Below the pieces are notes generated by a model. It had not been told where the DNA came from and ran no database searches. It was given only the letters and a program-made list of their open reading frames with translations. DNA of 64,000 nucleotides from positions 124,001 to 188,000 of the IMG/VR virus record IMGVR_UViG_3300042891_000711. One strand, given 5' to 3'. A program made the position numbers and the translations under genes. This document shows, piece by piece, positions 48,012 to 58,200 of this stretch. Within the stretch, counting starts at the first letter, position 1. The number at the start of each line of letters is the position of its first letter.

Positions 48012-48778
48012 ACTGTATCTACCAACTGATTAAAATTTTCACTAAGCAAATAATCTTTATCCATCACGTGTATGTTTTGCAGGGCAATGACATGTGCAGA
48101 ATTTTCTTCGCGTATAATCATCTTTTCGCCCGTTATTTCAATGTTTTTAATTAGTTTATCCAGGGTTAACATAGTCCAAGGTATACTTTGTGTGGTGTTA
48201 GTAGTGTACCCATTAATGATGTTGTTAGCAATAGCAAACGCATAATCATTGCGGAAATTACGTTCTCTTAAGTGATATAGTTTTTGATAGTAAGCATAGT
48301 TACGTTCAATACGACCAACTAAATCAAATAACATTTGTGTTTTATCTGTACGCTTAAATGTTATAGCAGTTGCCCATACATAATCTAAACTTAACTGACC
48401 CATGTTGCCCGACATTGACTGTTCAGGGCTTTGATTATTGTGCATTAACTTATAATCAACTGTTGTATCAAGTATAGTTAATAAACTTGAGTCTAACTGT
48501 AGATAGTCACTGTCAAGTAAGATAGTTTCGTCATAAGGGCTAAGTTCGTATGCACGATATCTACCACCATTCTTCCATTCTGTACCACCAGCATAGCCAG
48601 TGCGATAGTTAGCTAAACTAGGTACGCCCAGATCTGTGATAATGGTAGTAGGTAAGTTTAATGTATGTTTTATTAGTCGTGCGGCTTGCTCAGCGATTCT
48701 AACATAATCAACTGTGGCAGTGTTAACAGCAAATAGTACAACACCTTTAGACTTTGCGGGCACGTCGAATTTCTTCAT
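48002..48778 (-). CDS. Glycosyltransferase-like protein (GT8-like)
   Basis: SPYDETILLDSDY (DxD), WAT..F, FRNDYAFAIA, HVMDK. Confidence 0.6.
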   Translation of the reverse strand: MKKFDVPAKSKGVVLFAVNTATVDYVRIAEQAARLIKHTLNLPTTIITDLGVPSLANYRTGYAGGTEWKNGGRYRAYELSPYDETILLDSDYLQLDSSLLTILDTTVDYKLMHNNQSPEQSMSGNMGQLSLDYVWATAITFKRTDKTQMLFDLVGRIERNYAYYQKLYHLRERNFRNDYAFAIANNIINGYTTNTTQSIPWTMLTLDKLIKNIEITGEKMIIREENSAHVIALQNIHVMDKDYLLSENFNQLVDTVCA

Positions 48779-49064
48779 ATTGAATATGCCATGCGTTCAT
48801 TACTTGTTGATAGTGTTGCTGACACAATTCTAAAAATGCTAGTCGTTGTATTTCTATAGGATTTTCGTAGGTATCTTCAAGATATAGTGTATCAGCAGTC
48901 CAAGTTGATAGGAATGCTATAAGTTCCGGTGTTACTTTAAAGAGTCCATTGTTATACGGAACATGTAAGTCCGTTTGTATTTTTTCTTTAAGTATGCGTT
49001 TGTTGGTTTGATAATCCGTTGCTTGTTTAATTTGAGCAACTAGTTGAGTAATTTCTGTTGTCAT
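48747..49064 (-). CDS. Hypothetical phage protein
   Basis: Likely start ATG 49064 (MTTEIT...); YNNGLFKVTPELI. Confidence 0.7.
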   Translation of the reverse strand: MTTEITQLVAQIKQATDYQTNKRILKEKIQTDLHVPYNNGLFKVTPELIAFLSTWTADTLYLEDTYENPIEIQRLAFLELCQQHYQQVMNAWHIQYEEIRRARKV

Positions 49065-49079
49065 AATAGTAATTAGCCA

Positions 49080-49111
49080 TAAAAATAGGTAAGTCAAAAT
49101 AACTTACCTAT
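49080..49111 (-). terminator. Rho-independent terminator after tail genes
   Basis: 10-bp perfect stem ATAGGTAAGT/ACTTACCTAT, 7-nt loop, T-run on - strand. Confidence 0.7.
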
Positions 49112-49140
49112 AGTATAAGACATTTGTATTAAGTTGTCAA
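49112..49140 (-). promoter_or_regulatory. sigma70 promoter for the tailoring operon, abutting the terminator
   Basis: TTGACA-17 nt-TATACT on - strand. Confidence 0.7.
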
Positions 49141-50082
49141 CTAAGTTATAGTTGGTGTACCCCATGCATTAGTTGTAAGATACGTTGATTCTGGGTATAC
49201 AACGTCAACTGCCATTCTGTAGGTTAAACTTAATGTGTCATTCCAGGTTTTGTCAGCAACAGTGAACACAGTGCGGAAAACTACGTTTAATCCGTTTGAG
49301 CCGTTAGTAGTGTCACTACTGCTTGTATACACTTGTAAATACCCAGTGCTTGCTGTGTAACTTGCTGTGGTATCAGTTACTTGCACTATAGTAGCCGGTG
49401 TGTTAAGTACGTTAGTTCTATAACCAAGTGCTGTATTGTTGGTATTTAAGGTAATACCAGACCCAGTGCGTCCTGTGTTCGTGGTATTTCTAAATCCAAC
49501 ACCGCCTAGGCCAGTTACTAGTCTAGCAAAACTACTTTCTGATCCGTTGTCAGCCGCATTAAGTGTGCTTAGTCGTAAATTTAATTGGCCACCAGCATTA
49601 AAGAAATAGCGTGCTTGATTGGCGCTGCCAAATGTCACTACACGGTCTACTGTATAACTACTTAAACCTGTTGAACCAGTTACTGATGCATCAAAGTTGG
49701 CGCCAGTTAGTGTAGAACCTTGCGCACTATATAAAGCCGCATTTGTATTAATTGTTGTTACCGCTGTTGCTACGTTGGCAAAGTATGTAATAGTTTGTCC
49801 GGCAGTATAGTTACCACTTAATTGTGCGCCGGCACCACTTTGATGTCCCAATGCACCATTAAGTAGTGTTAGTAATCCACTCCATTGTGTGGCTGTTACA
49901 GTTGCGGCAGCTGCAACTGTATTAATAGCAGTAACAGTTTGACCATATCCTGTGGCACCTGTGCCTACACCCATAACATACGCAATGTTTTTAGTAACAT
50001 TGGTATAGGTACCCTGGGTACCGCCCCATGCTAGGTTGTTATAGTCTGTTGCTGAAATTAATCCACCTGATGCGTATGCCAT
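49141..50082 (-). CDS. Virion structural protein (tail-associated)
   Basis: Thr/Gly/Asn-rich; GYGQT and ARYFFNAGG motifs; AAGGA RBS. Confidence 0.65.
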   Translation of the reverse strand: MAYASGGLISATDYNNLAWGGTQGTYTNVTKNIAYVMGVGTGATGYGQTVTAINTVAAAATVTATQWSGLLTLLNGALGHQSGAGAQLSGNYTAGQTITYFANVATAVTTINTNAALYSAQGSTLTGANFDASVTGSTGLSSYTVDRVVTFGSANQARYFFNAGGQLNLRLSTLNAADNGSESSFARLVTGLGGVGFRNTTNTGRTGSGITLNTNNTALGYRTNVLNTPATIVQVTDTTASYTASTGYLQVYTSSSDTTNGSNGLNVVFRTVFTVADKTWNDTLSLTYRMAVDVVYPESTYLTTNAWGTPTIT

Positions 50083-50092
50083 TCTTTATTCC

Positions 50093-51550
50093 TTAACTGT
50101 TTAATTTGACTATTGCCTCAACAGTGCCTTCGCCTGTTGATGTTTTATTCTCTAACGCACGTCCGATAACATTAAATGCTGTCATTTCGCTACGTGTTGC
50201 GGCGCGAGCTAGCCCGCGTCCTGCACTTACTAATCTATCGCCTTTGGTTACACTACCAATTACTCTAACGGGTACACGCCCATTAACTGCCACTGGCGGG
50301 TGAGTGGCGTTATCACCTGCACTACCATTCATTAGGAAGCCTGCGTTAGTACTTATCACACCAAAAACTGCTTCACTTAATTCTTGAACTGCGGCAGTAA
50401 TTTCTTTAACTCCGCCAAGTTCAACTACTGTGCCCGGTAATAATGGTGTATCTGTTTCAAATCGTTCTGCCAAGTCAGCGTAACTTGCTGTAATTGCCTG
50501 ACCAATAAAAAATGTACCATGTACGTTAGCAAATCTACTCGATGTACTACCAATGTTAATTGTAGCATTACCGTTAGGTAGTATTGAGTTAGATACAACT
50601 GTAATACCTTGATTTAAAGTATAGCCAGTAACTGTTAAATTACCCGCAACACTTGCTGCACCCTGCGCAATTAAACTACCTGGTAATGTAACTGCTGCAG
50701 TAGTACCGCTAATACCGATTGCTTTAGTATCGCCGCCACTACTTCTTTTAACCCATAAATTCATATCACCATTAACAAAACTATTAGTTAAACTAATTGT
50801 ACCAGTTGCTGAACGAATAGCTAGATTACCAACATCAACTCCGCCGCCAGCGGCAATATTATATGCAGTTTCAGTATCTTGGTCTGAACGTAAATACGAT
50901 CCGCCGGCAACACCGCCTACTTGTAATGCATTACTAGCCGATCCAGTAAATTGTGCCCCGGTTAATACAGTTGGACTAATTAAATTCATACCAGGTTTAA
51001 TTGAATCAAAACCTGTAATCGATGTCTGCGGAGTAAATTCGCTGTCTTTGCTCAGAATAGCAATTACACTATTTGAAATATAAAATTTAACAATAACGTG
51101 ACTAATTGTATTACTGTCTAAAATAGTTTCAACTACTGCTCCGCTGGTGCCAGATGTTGTTGTATACGATGGGCCAATTGTTACCCATGCACTGCCGCTC
51201 CATACTTTAAGTTGTGCATTGCTAGTGTCCCACCATAAGTCGCCTGTTACAGGTCCTGTTGGTGAACTGCTAGATGCTGCTGAACTGCTGATAGGCTTCC
51301 ACAAACTACCACTATATACTTTTAATACATTATTTGTACTATCATACCATAACTGACCGGTGCGTGCATTTAATGGTGCTACTGTGTTGGTAAAATTTTC
51401 AAGTAATTTAACATAATTCTCATTAAGGAACAAACCATAACCGGCATAGTTTTTACCAATCAGAGTTAAACTTGTAGCAGATGTATTCACTGTTCCATCT
51501 GCTATACTTGCAATAGTTACTCCTGCTGTTGTAGTTACTGTATATGACAT
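50093..51550 (-). CDS. Tail fibre/baseplate-associated protein with C-terminal intramolecular-chaperone-like domain
   Basis: GQLWYD/GDLWWD repeats; YADLAERF...GVIST...GRVPVRV.G...KGDRLVS...IGRALE domain. Confidence 0.7.
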   Translation of the reverse strand: MSYTVTTTAGVTIASIADGTVNTSATSLTLIGKNYAGYGLFLNENYVKLLENFTNTVAPLNARTGQLWYDSTNNVLKVYSGSLWKPISSSAASSSSPTGPVTGDLWWDTSNAQLKVWSGSAWVTIGPSYTTTSGTSGAVVETILDSNTISHVIVKFYISNSVIAILSKDSEFTPQTSITGFDSIKPGMNLISPTVLTGAQFTGSASNALQVGGVAGGSYLRSDQDTETAYNIAAGGGVDVGNLAIRSATGTISLTNSFVNGDMNLWVKRSSGGDTKAIGISGTTAAVTLPGSLIAQGAASVAGNLTVTGYTLNQGITVVSNSILPNGNATINIGSTSSRFANVHGTFFIGQAITASYADLAERFETDTPLLPGTVVELGGVKEITAAVQELSEAVFGVISTNAGFLMNGSAGDNATHPPVAVNGRVPVRVIGSVTKGDRLVSAGRGLARAATRSEMTAFNVIGRALENKTSTGEGTVEAIVKLNS

Positions 51551-51582
51551 TGTTTTTACCTATTATATATTATTTATCTGTT

Positions 51583-52941
51583 CTATACAGTGTATTGGAA
51601 CCAGAAATCGCCATCATTACCCTGTCCAGAATCCGGAGCTGATGTGCTTACAAATTTAGCACTGCCGCCCCACCATTGGCCGGCTGTTCTTACATATTGT
51701 GTAGTTGCTACTGCACCATTACCTGCACTTGTATAAGTCTGCGCCTGAGTTGTCGCAGTTGCACCAGATGCTAAAAATACACCACTTGCACTTGCAGTTA
51801 ATACACTTGTACCATCGATGGCTAAATTTGCACTGCCTGTTCCGCTATCAAGAATTTCTAAGAAACTATTTCCTTGATATATTTTATTTTTTAAGAAACC
51901 AGAATTATTAACAACAAATTCAGTAGTCGCAATTGCAGTATTTGCTGTCAAAGCTGGCATTGTAATTGCTGTCGAAATTCCAGTTAATGTAGCATCAACA
52001 AAACTGCCGTCAACATAATTTTTTGTAGCAACACCCAATGTAGTTGTTGGATCTGCGGCAACTTCGATAGTGCCGGTTGTGCCATTAACTGTTAAATAAG
52101 TTGTGCTGTTAGTAACTAAATTAATATCACCATTGGTAGAATTGTTTATTATCGATGCGTTAACTCCGCTAACTGATAACGATAAGTCCAGTCCAGCACC
52201 AATTGTAATTCCACTATCATTTATAATGCGCAGATTACCGGTGCTACTGTTATTAGTGTCTGTACGTAGATAATTGCTAGCAATAACACCACCTAAATAA
52301 CTAGCATTATTAGCAGTACCCCATAGTGTGTGACTACTACGTAAATTATGTCCAGTTTTAATAGAAGTAAATCCAGTAATTGCAGTCTGCGGGGTAAATT
52401 CACTATCTTGATTAATAATTGCTGTACGTGTGCCATCTATGTACAATGATACAACATTATGAGTTATAGAACTAGTGTCTATAATTTGTTCCCATAAGGC
52501 GCCGCTCTCACCGTTCCTTATGCTCCATACCGGTCCAACTAATTTCCAGCCTGCGACATTATACGGAGTAGTACCATCATATACGTATAATTGTTCGGCA
52601 TAGGTATCCCACCAGATATCTCCTGCAACGACTGTTGACGGTGCACCAACGGTATCACTATTTTGTGCAGTTGCACTGCTGATAATTTTAAAATATGTAC
52701 CAGTGTATACTTTTAATAATTTAGCTGAAGTATCCCACCACAATTGTCCATCTAGTGGATTACTAGGTTCAATGTCATAGGCAAAATTTTCAATTAATGC
52801 TACTAAGTTATCAGTCATTATCTGACCGTAGTTACTGTAGTTACGACCAACTAATGTTAAACTAGTCTGCGCAGTATCTACAGTACCATCTAGGATAGTA
52901 CCAAGTGTTGTTCCGTTTGTTTTTCTTATTATATACGCCAT
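51583..52941 (-). CDS. Tail fibre/baseplate-associated protein, paralog of 50093..51550
   Basis: Shared N-terminus (DGTV...SLTL.G.NY..YG...ENF), GQLWWD, ATKNYVD, GNDGDFWFQY. Confidence 0.7.
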   Translation of the reverse strand: MAYIIRKTNGTTLGTILDGTVDTAQTSLTLVGRNYSNYGQIMTDNLVALIENFAYDIEPSNPLDGQLWWDTSAKLLKVYTGTYFKIISSATAQNSDTVGAPSTVVAGDIWWDTYAEQLYVYDGTTPYNVAGWKLVGPVWSIRNGESGALWEQIIDTSSITHNVVSLYIDGTRTAIINQDSEFTPQTAITGFTSIKTGHNLRSSHTLWGTANNASYLGGVIASNYLRTDTNNSSTGNLRIINDSGITIGAGLDLSLSVSGVNASIINNSTNGDINLVTNSTTYLTVNGTTGTIEVAADPTTTLGVATKNYVDGSFVDATLTGISTAITMPALTANTAIATTEFVVNNSGFLKNKIYQGNSFLEILDSGTGSANLAIDGTSVLTASASGVFLASGATATTQAQTYTSAGNGAVATTQYVRTAGQWWGGSAKFVSTSAPDSGQGNDGDFWFQYTV

Positions 52942-52954
52942 TTTATTATCCTAG

Positions 52955-53671
52955 TTATGCAGTGGTACTTAAATTAGTCAGTGTTTGTATGCGCACTGTG
53001 TAATCAATTTGAATCAATCTGTTTAGTGATTTTTGTACTGGGCTAAAAATCACGTGTGTTAGTAATTTACCAAGTCCTTCGCCCGAAGAACTAAATCCTT
53101 TTAAGCCTAGTTCATCAAATACAAATTGATCGTTTAAATCTTGGCTGTTATCAAATACCGCTTGTCCGTTTGGTTCACCGTAATCTAATAGACAGCTAAC
53201 AATGATGTCTGAATAAATTTGCCCCGGTACGTGAGTAATCACCATTTTATTGCGTAATGGGTCACCGTTGGCAGCGTTGGTATCATCAACAATCTTAAAA
53301 TATTGTGGACTGTATAAGTCAGCATTTTGTACGTTGGTGTTTGTGGGCAAGTATGTAATAACACCAGTGGGGTCAACTGTAGTACCACCGTTACCGAAAT
53401 GCATTTCAGTAATAAATTGTGTACCTTTATTACTTAAACTTTGTGCAATTGCTTCACTCATGTTTTCATAATGAATAGCGTTGCGTTTGTTTACAAAGAC
53501 TTCGTTAGTCTCAGGATCAAATATCTTAATATGACCTTGAAGGTGTATACCACCACGCTCATCAGGTTGTTTAGCTGGTGCAGCAGTTGGTTGTGAGTTC
53601 ATTGTTGAATCTTGCATTTTTTTATCCATATACTTATTTATTTCATTATCATTCATAGGTCTTTCTACCAT
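52955..53671 (-). CDS. Virion structural protein (baseplate-associated)
   Basis: GHIKIFDP, NAIHYENMS, LDYGEP, VFDELGL, PVQKSLNR; true start probably ~53629 after TAAATA. Confidence 0.6.
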   Translation of the reverse strand: MVERPMNDNEINKYMDKKMQDSTMNSQPTAAPAKQPDERGGIHLQGHIKIFDPETNEVFVNKRNAIHYENMSEAIAQSLSNKGTQFITEMHFGNGGTTVDPTGVITYLPTNTNVQNADLYSPQYFKIVDDTNAANGDPLRNKMVITHVPGQIYSDIIVSCLLDYGEPNGQAVFDNSQDLNDQFVFDELGLKGFSSSGEGLGKLLTHVIFSPVQKSLNRLIQIDYTVRIQTLTNLSTTA

Positions 53672-55293
53672 GCGTCACGTGCAGCTCTAATCCATTGATC
53701 GGTTTCAACACAGATATAAATGTAACTAGCATCGTATACAATGTCACCTTTAATACCAGTATCAGTGGCACTAGCTGGAGTTACATTGGCTAATGTTGCT
53801 GTATATGCTGTTTGCTGATTTGTACTATCAGGAAAACTAATTACTCCCACATTAGCAACTGTAGTAAATAACCAACTGTAACTTACATTACCGTCAATTT
53901 GGTCACCTATTATAATAGCGGCATTGTATTCATTAACAGTAACTTGGTTGAATACTCCGTTAATCGCTGTAATATTTGAACTAATGGCTGCAATGGACAC
54001 ACCACCATTGATTCCAGACGACAGACTTACCGATGGCATTCCTGGGGTATCTTCGTTTGTTTCTAATACACTGCCGTTTGGTAAATTAATATCGCCATCT
54101 TTAGTGAACTGCCAAGTGTGTGTCACCGCTGTGTTTGCATTATATATTAAAACATTAGCTTGGGTTTGAGTAACTGCTACATAATTATTACTAGCAGTTA
54201 TTGCCGCTCCGCCAATATTCGATCCGTTTAATACTGAATAATCTGTTCCTTCAAATAATACACTAGTTAGTGTGCCATTTAATGGTAAGTTTATAGTTGA
54301 TACTGAAATAGTATTAGTATATAAACTAGTCCATTGATACGACATGTTACCCAACGAATACAAACCATCTACAGATGGTATAATATTTCCAAATCCTATC
54401 GATCCGTTAGTAATGTTTTCAATTGATGTTAATTGAGTTGCATTATTAGCATCGACATAGCCCTTCATATTGGTGTTGGCTGTTGTAATTGTATTAGTTA
54501 ACGTAACCGAAAGATTGGCATCATTTCCTAATGCCGCTGCTATTTCATTTAATGTGTCAAGTGCCGACGGTGCGCCACCTATCAATGAGGTAAGTTGTCC
54601 ATCAACGTAGCCCTTCATGTTGGTGTTGGCTGTTACAATAGCGGCATTAGCACCAGTTACTGAATTACTAACGACTGTGATTTCATTTGATTGAATTGTA
54701 TTAGCCGCATCAACATAGCCTTTCATATTGGTGTTGGCTGTTACAATAGCGGCATTAGCACCAGTTACTGAATTGCTAATTATAGTATCTTGTGCATCAA
54801 CATAACCTTTAAGTGCTGTATTAGCTGTTACAATAGCAGCATTGGCACCAGTTACTGAATTGCTAATTATAGTATCTTGTGCATCAACATAACCTTTAAG
54901 TGCTGTATTAGCTGTTACAATAGCAGCATTGGCAGCTATAACCGAATTACTGATTATAGTATCTTGTGCATCAACATAACCTTTAAGTGCTGTATTAGCT
55001 GTTACAATAGCAGCATTGGCAGCTGTTATCTGACTTAATTGTGTTTCGGCATTGGCCTGCCAGGCAGCACTAACGTCAGCAATTGCGCCACTTTGTACTG
55101 CAGCATTAGCTGTAGTTGACGCAGTTAAATTTGCTAAATCTGTAACTACAGTTCCGAGGATGTATGTTTGTAATTGTGCAACATTACTTTGTACTGTTGT
55201 CAATGTTCCGGCAATATTACCAACTACAGGAATTATTACATTCCCCTGCACCGTGGTTAAATTTCCTAATTGGCTAATCTTAATCGTCGACAT
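53665..55293 (-). CDS. Tail fibre-like protein with coiled-coil repeats
   Basis: IKISQL N-terminus, KGYVD repeats, APSALDTLNEIAAALGND motif, C-terminal G..GDI.YD..YIYICV...W.R. Confidence 0.75.
   Translation of the reverse strand: MSTIKISQLGNLTTVQGNVIIPVVGNIAGTLTTVQSNVAQLQTYILGTVVTDLANLTASTTANAAVQSGAIADVSAAWQANAETQLSQITAANAAIVTANTALKGYVDAQDTIISNSVIAANAAIVTANTALKGYVDAQDTIISNSVTGANAAIVTANTALKGYVDAQDTIISNSVTGANAAIVTANTNMKGYVDAANTIQSNEITVVSNSVTGANAAIVTANTNMKGYVDGQLTSLIGGAPSALDTLNEIAAALGNDANLSVTLTNTITTANTNMKGYVDANNATQLTSIENITNGSIGFGNIIPSVDGLYSLGNMSYQWTSLYTNTISVSTINLPLNGTLTSVLFEGTDYSVLNGSNIGGAAITASNNYVAVTQTQANVLIYNANTAVTHTWQFTKDGDINLPNGSVLETNEDTPGMPSVSLSSGINGGVSIAAISSNITAINGVFNQVTVNEYNAAIIIGDQIDGNVSYSWLFTTVANVGVISFPDSTNQQTAYTATLANVTPASATDTGIKGDIVYDASYIYICVETDQWIRAARDAW
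54450..55022 (-). repeat. 87-bp (29-aa) tandem repeats in tail fibre
   Basis: TATAGTATCTTGTGCATCAACATAACCTTTAAG recurs at 54781, 54868, 54955, plus degenerate copies; ANAAIVTANT(AL/NM)KGYVD units. Confidence 0.92.
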
Positions 55294-55295
55294 TC

Positions 55296-58200
55296 TTAAT
55301 CCTCAATAATTGTTTTACTATCTTCAGTAGTTAGTGTATTTACCGCATCTTCTGTTGTAATCATATCTTTAATCGCTGTAATTACGATATTTGTTGCTGT
55401 ACTGCCTTTTAAGAATGTCACTGGTACAGTTGTTGAACCGTCAAATCCAGTACCATCAGTTGCTACTCCACTGCCCAAATTATACCATACATTTGTTGTG
55501 TGTAATTCTATATTTGCTGCAATAGTTACGTTACCGTTATTATCAACAAACGGAATTCCGTTATCGTTTCTACCAACCGGAACAATACTTAACGGGTAAA
55601 CATTTCCGGTGTTAGTACCATTTATTATTATTTCCGAATTAAGTGTGATATTACCAGTTATAGTAGTTGGATAAACTGCAACATTGGATCCATTTATTGC
55701 AATATTACCACTAGCTCTGCCTGTATTCAATGTTGTAATGCCGTAGTAACTTACTTCAACGTTGCTAACATTGGCACCAGTAGTCAATACTGTTACATTA
55801 GCACCTGTTGATGATTGTGTTATGTAATCACCACTAGATACTGTAACATTTCCGCTTAGTTTTAAATAATTATCTTGGAACGTTAAGCTGTTTGAATTAT
55901 TCCGCACAACCAATAATACTCTGGCTACTGAATCAATACCAGCTACCGTTAGTGATGCACCAGATGCAGTTTGTGTTATTACATCACCCACGTTAGCAGT
56001 TATACTTTCAGTTAGTGAAAGATAGTATGAACGAGTCGATGTCACAGTATACGGTGTAGTTGTACTAAGAACTACATTAGACACTGTTCCTGGAACAATT
56101 TGGTCAACACTACCATCAGTTACAACTGCACCGGCGTATTGAATTACTGGAGTAGCAGTACCTTGTGTACCACGACGTATTTGCCCAAGTGTATTAGTAA
56201 TTAAATCACGAGTGTAGTAAGTTATACGTTCACCGTTAATAAACACTACTCCTGGAATAGATATTTGTGCTATACCAATTGCATCCATAAATGGTTCAGC
56301 CAGTTTGCTAGCATCCGCTACGACAATTTCAGTATCAGTTAAGCCCAACGGAGCCGCAAGTGTCGTTGCGTGTGCATCAGCAATACGCAAGTAACTTTCT
56401 TCACGCATCATGTTACTAAACATTCTGTAGGCAATTACATCAACGTTGCTGTTAATTTTAGTATAGACCTGCATGTCTAGTGTGTCAAATACAATACCAG
56501 GAACCATTTCTTCTGGAGCATGGCTCGAGTATGTGTCTACATAAGCACCACCGACAACATCGATATCTTCTGCACGTGTGCCAAGAGCTAAGTCAGTATA
56601 GTTACTCTGTATAATTGTATCAACGGTTGCATCATCTAATAATGGTAAGCCATCTGCATCATATTGTATTTGGTCAAACAAGCCGGTATCAAATGGTGTT
56701 GCTCCACTGAACCCAGGTGCTTGATCAAATCCAAGTCCTTGTACTCGTACACCTGGATAATCAATTCCACGTAGTAGTTGATTCAAATCACGTGCTGGCA
56801 TTGAAGCACCAGGCTCATAATATCCCACAATACGATCGTTAGCAGTAGTAAAATTAGCCGAGTTATATTCAGTATAATCATCCGTATGTACAAAAGTAGA
56901 GCCTGATGTTATATTTGCTGTTACTATAAATGCATGACGAACAGCACCTGCCAGTGAGCCCACATGAGTCACGATATCGCCAACGGTATAAGCAGTATTT
57001 GCTGTCCATTCCTGCACGCTACTTGTATAGCTAATTCTATCAAATTTTAGTGTTGTATCAAATGTTCTGACTTGATTATTTTTAAGCACAGCATACGCAG
57101 TTGCTGGTGTTGTATTTGTACCATTGATTAACACAGTTGGAGTTAAGAAATATCCAGTGCCACGAGTTAAGATTTCAATACTGGTTACGGTACCTAAATC
57201 AAAATCAATAATTGCACGTGCTGTTGCTCCCGTAGCTGCGAGGCCGCCGCCAACAATAGTAACGATTGGTTCAGCAGTGTATCCACTACCGCCATATTCC
57301 ACAATGATATTCTCGACACGGTGATTTCTATTCGCATACCATTGATTATACGTATCAGTTTGCCACAATGCTTCATCTTTAATTACATTTTCGCCACTTG
57401 GACTACGGAATACTTTTGTTTCAGTATCGTAATAAGCCGGTAAATCAAAGTCAGTTACACTACCTGCAAATTCATCATTACTGTCATAATTAATAGAATA
57501 TTCACGTATTTTAGTTGAATATGGTTTAACTTCTGTAATGTAATTTTCGTAATACGTTTGATTATCTTTAATATAATTAGGATATTGCAATAGTGAACGT
57601 AACTTATGTGATACACTAATAAAGCTGGTTTTAAATATCCAATCAACATATTTTTGCTCATTGAATAGATAGTTAATCATTACAAAGAATAATTTGTTAA
57701 ATTCTGTATCTAATTCGCCAACAAAAATATCATCTTTAAGTGCGTTAATTATATAACGAACTTCAGTGGTCGGAGTTGTATTATTAATAAAATTCCCAGA
57801 CGATGTTTTTAATTGTATAGTGCCGTCTTGTATTCCTACAACGTCAAATTGGTTATTGCTGTTAAGAACTAGTAGGTTCCACCCACGACTATTGCCAGTA
57901 CTTACTCTGACCAGTACTTCTTCACCGACAGCCACTGGTAATTTTAAGGCATCTGTTAATGTTTCAACTACATACTCGAGTTGAGTGTCTGTGCCATAAC
58001 CAGGAGCATACCAATCAACATACTCCCAATACAAGTCAGTTTTATAACTTTGAATTCGAATTATTTCCCAAATTTTAGTAGTAGACAACTCGTATAGCAC
58101 CCACAGGTTATCTCGGGTAGTATCTTGATTTACTAGAACTTTATACCCAACAGCCAATACACTCACATCGAGATATTGTAACTCTATTTCTGTTGCTATT

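Noticed and set aside
54450-55022. CRISPR array
   Set aside because: The repeats are contiguous in-frame coding units with no unique spacers.
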